Shown: piece by piece, positions 57,843 through 64,000 of the stretch | Layout of the letters: every line of letters begins with the position of its first letter | Position numbering within the stretch: the stretch's first letter is position 1 | From: Candidatus Omnitrophota bacterium | GTDB taxonomy: Bacteria; Omnitrophota; Gorgyraeia; Ghiorseimicrobiales; Ghiorseimicrobiaceae | Length of the DNA stretch: 64,000 nucleotides | Reading direction: 5' to 3' | NCBI GenBank assembly: GCA_030681595.1 | Contig: JAUXSB010000003.1 | Location: forward strand, 31,207-95,206 | Position numbers and translations under genes: made by a program | Notes under the pieces: model-generated | Databases searched by the model: none | What the model was told of the DNA's origin: nothing | Seen by the model: the letters and a program-made list of their open reading frames with translations, nothing else

Positions 57843-58125
57843 GAGAACCATGGGAACTATGGGAGCCATGGGAGCCATGGGAGCCATGCGGAGTGCCCGA
57901 ATTATGCCCTCCTCTGCCGGCTGTAACAAGAGCATTAGCATGGTTATTATGCGAAGCATGGCTGGCAGCCTGGGCAGAATCAGGCTTAAACATCGCGGAT
58001 AAAACAGCTAAAGATATCCCTATCTTAGCGATATCCTTTTTGCTAATTTTACCTTCTTCTCTTAAAAGGAAATCTTTTATTTGCTTCTTGATCCGCGGTA
58101 ACCTACTTTCGTTTTTTTCTTTCAT
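57829..58125 (-). CDS. His-Xaa-Ser repeat peptide (HxsA-like), candidate RiPP precursor
   Basis: 98 aa. The N-terminus is charged (MKEKNESRLPRIKKQIKDFLLREEGKISKKD) and is followed by the hydrophobic segment IAKIGISLAVLSAMF. The C-terminus is ASHASHNNHAN...HNSGTPHGSHGSHGSHSSHGSHGQW. The DNA has 9-bp tandem CATGGCTCC repeats. A G8 tract lies 4 nt upstream of the ATG. Confidence 0.65.
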   Translation of the reverse strand: MKEKNESRLPRIKKQIKDFLLREEGKISKKDIAKIGISLAVLSAMFKPDSAQAASHASHNNHANALVTAGRGGHNSGTPHGSHGSHGSHSSHGSHGQW

Positions 58126-58154
58126 CGTACCCCCCCCTTGCTTATAGCTAGAAA

Positions 58155-58895
58155 CTACTCTACCGGCTGTCTATCGGCTTCTTTAGAAAAACTATCTTTT
58201 GAAGCTGGATAATACTGTTCAAAGAAATTTCTAAAACTTTTGCATTTCTTGCAAACACTCTCATCCCGTGATACGCTGCCTTTACATAACATGCTAAGGT
58301 ATTCATCGCTTATCTCATTACACTTATTAACATCATTAGTTTCCAACGCCTGTATATAATAAACCCTACCGGTGCACTTCTTATCCCCTTTACTGCAATA
58401 CTTAGGGTCTCTAAGCCTAAGCGCCATACAGTCATTTTTCTGGTCCTTACTTATTGAATTATCACACGCAGCAACATCTTGAGCAAAAAAACTGTCCGCT
58501 ACTTTACGGCAATCTACGGCAGTTGGTTTACCTTCCTGTTTCTGGCAGGCCTCCATAAACTTCTGGGTAACAGAACCCATCACAACCAGTTCGCTAAAAA
58601 ATCTGTGGAAACCATAGAAATTACGCCTACATAAATTAGCTTCATCTTTCGATAAATTATTGCATACACTTACGTTATCTCTAGCGGCTGCTAAACACGT
58701 CAGATATGTATCTAAAAAACCCTGCCTTTTCGAATAACCTTCAAATATAACTTTACTTAAATTGTCTATATTAAAATCATTGATTGCTTGTTCCTTGGCA
58801 TTATCTTCGGCCAAAGCATTACAATTATTAAACCCAACTAAAAAGCATCCACCCAACAAAGCTATTACTAAAAACCTGAATATGAAAGTTTTCAT
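58155..58895 (-). CDS. Secreted or lipoprotein-like Cys-rich protein (about 15 Cys)
   Basis: I placed the start at the ATG at 58895 (MKTFIFRFLVIALLGGCF), which forms an ATGA overlap with the upstream stop. It has a signal peptide with a lipobox-like LLGGC. Cys residues are spread throughout, including CKKC. Confidence 0.55.
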   Translation of the reverse strand: MKTFIFRFLVIALLGGCFLVGFNNCNALAEDNAKEQAINDFNIDNLSKVIFEGYSKRQGFLDTYLTCLAAARDNVSVCNNLSKDEANLCRRNFYGFHRFFSELVVMGSVTQKFMEACQKQEGKPTAVDCRKVADSFFAQDVAACDNSISKDQKNDCMALRLRDPKYCSKGDKKCTGRVYYIQALETNDVNKCNEISDEYLSMLCKGSVSRDESVCKKCKSFRNFFEQYYPASKDSFSKEADRQPVE

Positions 58896-60361
58896 AGCGC
58901 CGCCTTTCCTTTCGTGCAATCTTTTACCCAGCGTTCAAATATATTCTTATATTGACTATTCTGTAATTTTTCAAAGAGATAGTCCAAAATCGCGCCGTTA
59001 ATCTTACATCTTCCATTAAAAGGCTGAAATATATTTTTGCTTTCCGTATAATTTAATAAAGGGCACACACCGCAATATGGTTTATAGACACATTGGCTGC
59101 ACTCAGGGATATTATCTAAACAGGAGCTTATACACATCGCCTTAACAGTTGGATGCTCAATTATATTTTTATATGTGTCGGTTTTTACGTTTCCGACCTT
59201 AAATGATTCATCTCCTAGCCTGCTAAGCATCCTGCCTTCGTCGCATGTGTAGATATCACCGTTATAATTATAAGCTACTTGGCCGATACCGGCGCCGCAA
59301 GGAGAGCGCATATCCATATAGCCGGGGTCATAATCAGTAAGTATTTTATATAGGAATATGAACGCCGTCCTCTCGTAAAAATTGCTTCCTTTTAAATTTA
59401 ACTCTAAGATATAATCCAGGGATTCTTTATAAAACTCAATAAATTCTCCCCACGAATACGCGAGGCTATCCGCCTTGGGCGCCAATGCAAATGTGGACAA
59501 GGGACGTAAATGGATACAATCTAATCCACCCTTTATATACTCATCAATAATCTCTTTGGAATGGCCGAAACAACGATTGGTCACCGTCAATAATGCATTT
59601 GGGCGGTGCTTAAAACCCGTTTTTTCAAATTCTATTTTTATCTTCCTAAGCCACTTTACGGTATTGCGGTAGCTATTGATATTCTTATTAAGGCTTACGC
59701 GATTTCTATTATGTATATGTTCCGGGCCATCAAGCGATGTACAAATACTTACGTCATTTTTTATTAAAAATTTTAATATCTCATCTGTTAAACAACTCAA
59801 ATTAGAAACAAGAGAAAGCGTTAATTTTTTTTCTTTATTCTTATTTTTTTTCTTGGCATATTCAATTATAAATTTTACTGTATTAAAATTAAGTAACGGC
59901 TCTCCTCCTTGAAATTCGATAGTAATTTCGGGGGCCGGAAATTCAAAAATTTTATCAACAACAGACTTGGCTGTCGGGATATCCATATCTAAACCGGCCG
60001 TCTTAATGCCTCCGGAGTTAGCTTGACAATAGGCGCATTTGTGGTCGCATCTTAATGTTACCACTATTATATGCAAGCTAGTCCCTCGAGATAAAAAATC
60101 GTGCTTGTTTGCATATTTGGCAATTAACTTATCAAAATCTAATTTATTACGCACAAAACTTTTGTTTATAAGCTCATCGTATTTAACCTCATCCTGCTTC
60201 ATAATCTCGTTAATCTCTCCCTTTATGAAGCTATTAAACCAGCCCGGTTTTAAAAAACAGTATTCTCCTACATCATTAGTGACAAGATAGCTGCCGTTAA
60301 ACCTCTTGAAACGAAAGTATGAAACCGCTTTCTTGTCAATCAAATTTACATCTATAGCCAT
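58892..60361 (-). CDS. Radical SAM/SPASM-domain peptide maturase, HxsB-like
   Basis: 489 aa. An N-terminal ~95-aa extension precedes RCDHKCAYCQA and FQGGEPLLNF. The C-terminal SPASM-type motifs are CGAGIGQ...YTCDEG...CSQCVYKPYCGVCP. Confidence 0.7.
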   Translation of the reverse strand: MAIDVNLIDKKAVSYFRFKRFNGSYLVTNDVGEYCFLKPGWFNSFIKGEINEIMKQDEVKYDELINKSFVRNKLDFDKLIAKYANKHDFLSRGTSLHIIVVTLRCDHKCAYCQANSGGIKTAGLDMDIPTAKSVVDKIFEFPAPEITIEFQGGEPLLNFNTVKFIIEYAKKKNKNKEKKLTLSLVSNLSCLTDEILKFLIKNDVSICTSLDGPEHIHNRNRVSLNKNINSYRNTVKWLRKIKIEFEKTGFKHRPNALLTVTNRCFGHSKEIIDEYIKGGLDCIHLRPLSTFALAPKADSLAYSWGEFIEFYKESLDYILELNLKGSNFYERTAFIFLYKILTDYDPGYMDMRSPCGAGIGQVAYNYNGDIYTCDEGRMLSRLGDESFKVGNVKTDTYKNIIEHPTVKAMCISSCLDNIPECSQCVYKPYCGVCPLLNYTESKNIFQPFNGRCKINGAILDYLFEKLQNSQYKNIFERWVKDCTKGKAAL

Positions 60362-60561
60362 TCTTTATTACTCCATAAGGCATAATTGGCAAACTCGTCA
60401 ACAAATACTTTTTTAAAATCTTGATCAATATCATTTATTTCTACCTGCGTATAGTTTTTAGTATTTTTAATTATAAATTTCGCCAAATGGGCATAAGCCG
60501 AAACTGCCGCTTTAACCGCCCTCCTATTATATAATTTATTATTAAACTTTAGATTCCACAT
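60352..60561 (-). CDS. Small HxsD-like protein (short paralog)
   Basis: 69 aa. ...AVKAAVSAYAHLAKFII...VEINDI...FVDEFANYALW resembles the HxsD pattern, in which a strand-rich N-terminus is followed by an F-x-N-E/D-x-x-D/N-Y-x-L-R-like motif. Confidence 0.4.
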   Translation of the reverse strand: MWNLKFNNKLYNRRAVKAAVSAYAHLAKFIIKNTKNYTQVEINDIDQDFKKVFVDEFANYALWSNKEWL

Positions 60562-60967
60562 TATCTTTTTTTACTTTTTTATTTTTACCGTATTTATCTT
60601 CCCAGGGCACAGCTATCCCAAGCGGATCATCGCGATAATCCAGCTTTTCATCAGAAGAAAACAAATCAAAATTTGAATCCGGCGGAGTAGAGTATAGGGC
60701 ACGGGCAACAACATATTCGCGTATCTTCTTATTATTTTTACTTACTATACACCTTAAAGCAGAATATAATAGTTCATTCATAAAGCTATCTTTCAGTAAC
60801 TCTATTTGCCTATCGGAAAGTTTCTTTTTGGGCTTAAGCGAAACTACCACCTTCTCGTCTTTACCGGCATCTAAATCCAGAAAAAAATAAATAGAATCAA
60901 TAAAAAGATAACACGTGCTTAAAATGGCTTCTAACGGATATATTTTGGTTCTTAGTTCTATTTTCAT
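60542..60967 (-). CDS. HxsD-like protein
   Basis: 141 aa. IYPLEAILSTCYLFIDSIYFFLD...VVVSLKPK...LKDSFMNELLYSALRCIVSKNNKKIREYVVARAL matches my recollection of the HxsD family (LLNDYxLRE-type motif). Confidence 0.55.
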   Translation of the reverse strand: MKIELRTKIYPLEAILSTCYLFIDSIYFFLDLDAGKDEKVVVSLKPKKKLSDRQIELLKDSFMNELLYSALRCIVSKNNKKIREYVVARALYSTPPDSNFDLFSSDEKLDYRDDPLGIAVPWEDKYGKNKKVKKDNVESKV

Positions 60968-61010
60968 GCCTCACCTTTTTTAAAAAGCTAATCTGGATAT
61001 CACTACAATA

Positions 61011-61601
61011 CTATGTTTCACAACACATCATCGATCCGGCTTTAGGCAAAACCATATCCGTACAGCTTGTGCTAGCTGCTGAAGTAGTGCAAGTCCCGCC
61101 TTGCGTAAAAGGTATATAAGACAAGCGTGAAGTGCAACTCTCCCCCGCATCAGTACAGACACCATTATTATTCCAATCGCCGCATTGCATCAACGAAGGA
61201 ACATCATTAGCAGTAAAAGTCATCAGACGACAACCGAGTCCTGCGGCTTGAATTCGCGCAAGCTGAGCAGTCCGAATATTCCAGAAAGTTACAGTATTTG
61301 AGAATGTCGCTCCATCACTAATTCTTATCTCTAAATCATTAGCTCCGGCATCACCGCCGATACCGATTACATCTCCATAACCTGTCCTAACTATGGCGAA
61401 ATTCGGCCACCAAGTAACATCACCAACAGGAAAACCAACCCTAGCTCGTTGCGCTTCAAGGTCTCCGTAAACCCCAAAAGGCGAAGGGTAATAATTAGTG
61501 ATGGTGATATCTTCAGCTTGAGATAAAACAGGGGATGCGGAAAATAAAAGGCAGGAAAAAGAAAAAAGAAAAACAGCAACAATTAATTTTACCTTTTGCA
61601 T
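61011..61601 (-). CDS. Secreted hypothetical protein with Cys-rich C-terminus
   Basis: 196 aa. It has a Sec signal peptide with an LSQA|ED cleavage site and a Thr/Ser/Cys-rich tail ending MMCCET. GC content looks higher than in the neighbouring cluster. Confidence 0.5.
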   Translation of the reverse strand: MQKVKLIVAVFLFSFSCLLFSASPVLSQAEDITITNYYPSPFGVYGDLEAQRARVGFPVGDVTWWPNFAIVRTGYGDVIGIGGDAGANDLEIRISDGATFSNTVTFWNIRTAQLARIQAAGLGCRLMTFTANDVPSLMQCGDWNNNGVCTDAGESCTSRLSYIPFTQGGTCTTSAASTSCTDMVLPKAGSMMCCET

Positions 61602-61674
61602 AAAAGATAATTAGTGATACTTTATGATATAATTTTAATTTACAACTTAAATATACCTCAATTACCCACGGCTG

Positions 61675-62997
61675 TCAACTTATTTTTGCCTTGCTTTTAA
61701 GCTTTCCAATCATTACGCCTGAAGCACATTCCACTAAGAGCGCTTTTATTAACCTGTTTTTTAAATCAGCGCGGCTTTTAATCAAAACTTTAATATAGTT
61801 ATCTGTATGGCCCTGCCAAAAATACGGCTCTTCTTTAGAACGGTTTTCAATAAGCACAAAAGGTTCCTTACCTAGAAACCTCTTTCGATAAACCAAAGAA
61901 CAATCGTTGGCGACACCTTTAAGATATGCCGCTCTGCGTTTAACTGTTTGCGGCGCGATATTACTTTTAAATTTTTTTGCCGCGGCCGTAGGCTCTCTTC
62001 TGGAATAACAAAAGATATGTGTCCTTAGGGGGTTAATCTCCCTGATTAAATTAACGGTGTTTTGAAAATTTTCTTCGCTCTCACAAGGAAAACCTACTAA
62101 GACATCAGTAGTAATAGCAATACCTTCAATCAACCCTTTTATCTCATTAATCAGCCGTAAGTACGTGGCGCTATCATAATTACGATTCATCATTTTTAAA
62201 ATACTGTCGTCGCCTGACTGCAGCGGAATATGCAAATGCCGGCATAATTTTTTCGAACTGCGTAATTTTCTAATTAAGGCGGCATTAACATCCATTGGCT
62301 CAATAGAGCTTAAGCGGATGCGTAAAAGGCCGCCGATATTTTCCAGGCTTTCTATTACTTCAACTAAATTTGCCTCCTGAAGGCCATCCTTACCGTAGGA
62401 ACCTAAGCATATGCCGCATAAGACGATCTCTTTAACCCCGGTTTTTACCAAACGCTCTGCCTCAAGCGTAACCTCTGAAAGCGTACGGCTGCGGGACCGC
62501 CCACGCACATAAGGGACTTTACAGAAACTGCAAAAGTTGTTGCAGCCATCTTGTATTTTTAAAAAAGCGCGGGTATTACCTTTAAAAACGCCTATACCAT
62601 CAGGAAAAAAGCTTTTAGAGATGATGAAATCTACATCGGGCACACCGGAAAGAGACGGGGCATCTTTTTGCGCTAAACACCCTGTTACAATAATTTTAGC
62701 ATCGGGATTTTCTCTTTTTATGCGCCGGATAAGCTCACGGCTCTTTGCATCGGCAACAGCAGTAACTGTACAGGTATTAATCAGGCAGAAACGCGAAGGA
62801 CAACCGTTATCAAGCTCTTCAAAACCGGCGCGCATAAAGCGTGCCCTGATGCTCTGTGTATCGTATTGATTGACTTTACAACCAAGAGTATAAAATTTAA
62901 TGGTTCGACTACGTGCTTCGACAGGCTCAGCATCCTGAGCGGAGTCGAAGGACTCACCATTAATCCTGAGCGAAGTCGAATGGTTAATTGTTTTCAT
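61675..62997 (-). CDS. mtaB: MiaB-family methylthiotransferase, MtaB-like
   Basis: It has FYTLGCKVNQYD (UPF0004 domain), the radical SAM motif DGCNNFCSFCKVP, and a TRAM-like C-terminus. An unusual ~32-aa N-terminal extension is encoded by repeat-like DNA. Confidence 0.8.
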   Translation of the reverse strand: MKTINHSTSLRINGESFDSAQDAEPVEARSRTIKFYTLGCKVNQYDTQSIRARFMRAGFEELDNGCPSRFCLINTCTVTAVADAKSRELIRRIKRENPDAKIIVTGCLAQKDAPSLSGVPDVDFIISKSFFPDGIGVFKGNTRAFLKIQDGCNNFCSFCKVPYVRGRSRSRTLSEVTLEAERLVKTGVKEIVLCGICLGSYGKDGLQEANLVEVIESLENIGGLLRIRLSSIEPMDVNAALIRKLRSSKKLCRHLHIPLQSGDDSILKMMNRNYDSATYLRLINEIKGLIEGIAITTDVLVGFPCESEENFQNTVNLIREINPLRTHIFCYSRREPTAAAKKFKSNIAPQTVKRRAAYLKGVANDCSLVYRKRFLGKEPFVLIENRSKEEPYFWQGHTDNYIKVLIKSRADLKNRLIKALLVECASGVMIGKLKSKAKIS

Positions 62998-63032
62998 CCC
63001 TTAGAAATTATATCCCGCAGAAATATCAATTT

Positions 63033-63770
63033 CTAACGGGACAGGTACAACTTTATAAAACTCACAACTGCTATCGCGGCAGTTTCCACACGCATTACCA
63101 AATCCCCTAATGAAACCGGGATAAATCCTTTTTGCACCGCTAGCTCAACTTCCTGAACGCTGAAATCGCCTTCTGGCCCAATAAGGATCAGTATTTCTTT
63201 ATAATCAGAACGTATAAAAACATCTTTTAGGGGCTTGTGGCTTCCGCCTAAAGTAGGTATCAATTTCAAATCAAAATCACCTGCCTTGGAGAAAACTTCC
63301 CCTATTCCTCTAACCGGCTCAACAATGGGCAAGCCGCTTCTCTGGCTCTGTTTGCTTGCGCTTAAAGCAATTTTTTGCCAACGCTGATGATGTTTTTCTT
63401 TCTGCTCATTGTTCCACCTGACAACAGTATGTTCTGTCAGAAGAGGGATTATTCTATTTGCTCCCAATTGGGTAAGCTTATCTATAATATCATCCATCTT
63501 GCTACTCTTAGGCACAGCGCAGGCGATGGCGATATTTATCTTGTTATCTCTTGTAGCAGCTGTCTTAATTTTTTGTATCTTTACAGCGACAAAATCCGGA
63601 TTTATTTTATGAATCGCACCTTCATATTCATAACCTTTATCATTAAACACAACAACCTTATCATTTACCTTCATACGTAAGACATTTTTGATATGATGCA
63701 GCTCTTTTGTATCTTTAATATAGATATAGCTGCCTGTTATATCAGCATTTCCACAATAAAATCTCTTCAT
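63033..63770 (-). CDS. rsmE: 16S rRNA (uracil1498-N3)-methyltransferase RsmE
   Basis: 245 aa. It has the PUA-like N-terminus (HHIKNVLRMK) and the C-terminal SPOUT motifs IGPEGDFS and RVETAAI. Confidence 0.85.
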   Translation of the reverse strand: MKRFYCGNADITGSYIYIKDTKELHHIKNVLRMKVNDKVVVFNDKGYEYEGAIHKINPDFVAVKIQKIKTAATRDNKINIAIACAVPKSSKMDDIIDKLTQLGANRIIPLLTEHTVVRWNNEQKEKHHQRWQKIALSASKQSQRSGLPIVEPVRGIGEVFSKAGDFDLKLIPTLGGSHKPLKDVFIRSDYKEILILIGPEGDFSVQEVELAVQKGFIPVSLGDLVMRVETAAIAVVSFIKLYLSR

Positions 63771-64000
63771 TATTCGGAGAATACTTCTGCGGTGAAGGTA
63801 TAGAGCTCAGTATCCTTATCTTTCCAGGCATCTGGGGGCAATCCGGCCTTATGGGAGCAAAGATTAGAAAGGAATTCTTCGCGGCTCCAGCCGGTTTCAG
63901 CAGCAACTTGCGGAAGGAATACCCCGGAATAAAAACCTTTTTTTACGATTACGCCGTGTTTACCCATAATAATATTAGCGGGGTTAAATTCACGCGCAGG
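63770..64000 (-). CDS. AMMECR1-domain protein, C-terminal part; gene runs off the window end
   Basis: GVFLPQVAAETGWSREEFLSNLCSHKAGLPPDAW is the conserved AMMECR1 C-terminal region. The frame stays open to position 64000. Confidence 0.75.
   Translation of the reverse strand, partial: PAREFNPANIIMGKHGVIVKKGFYSGVFLPQVAAETGWSREEFLSNLCSHKAGLPPDAWKDKDTELYTFTAEVFSE

Noticed and set aside
57751-58002. Alternative frames over the HGS repeat: the MAPMAPMAP N-terminus of the radical SAM ORF and the plus-strand 83/84-aa ORFs.
   Set aside because: They are repeat-driven open frames. The His-x-Ser frame has a strong G-rich RBS, a plausible leader, and fits the Hxs context. The radical SAM enzyme has a good internal ATG at 57842 just before its conserved domain.

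Overview
This is an AT-rich bacterial window, probably from an uncultivated anaerobe; I cannot assign taxonomy without a search. Every gene I can support lies on the minus strand.

Gene content from low to high coordinates:
- A ThiH/HydG-like radical SAM fragment and a ThiF/MoeB-like gene.
- A complete group-3b-type [NiFe] hydrogenase operon (beta, gamma, small and large subunits, then the maturation protease), preceded by a zinc-finger-less HypA-like gene.
- A GH-A-type glycosidase, an RluA-family pseudouridine synthase, a membrane pyrophosphatase and CTP synthase.
- A PAS-GGDEF-HD-GYP protein.
- A large chemotaxis cluster: hybrid histidine kinase, CheR-TPR, CheY, CheW, CheB, an MCP, CheA-REC, a second MCP and a second CheW. 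Two small Cys-rich 'two-CW'-type proteins bracket it.
- A CDF transporter, a DhnA/LsrF-type aldolase, a Zn-dependent dehydrogenase, tRNA-Ser(CGA), LptD and a ROK kinase.
- At the high end, MtaB, RsmE and an AMMECR1 fragment.

The standout is a roughly 25 kb, 25-gene co-directional block (36.0-61.0 kb), visibly more AT-rich than its flanks.
- It carries 18 radical-SAM domains in 17 genes.
- Its upstream end looks like a His-Xaa-Ser (Hxs) system: two HxsD-like proteins, an HxsB-like SPASM enzyme, an HxsA-like precursor ending HGSHGSHGSHSSHGSHGQW, and an HxsC-like enzyme.
- Downstream come 13 paralogous ~300-aa radical SAM domains with a shared C-terminal signature, two HemN-like enzymes and one B12-binding radical SAM enzyme.
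- The block also encodes Cys-rich secreted proteins, two unknown proteins, a TPR protein and an A24 prepilin-peptidase-like membrane protein.

Several families of structured intergenic repeats are also present.
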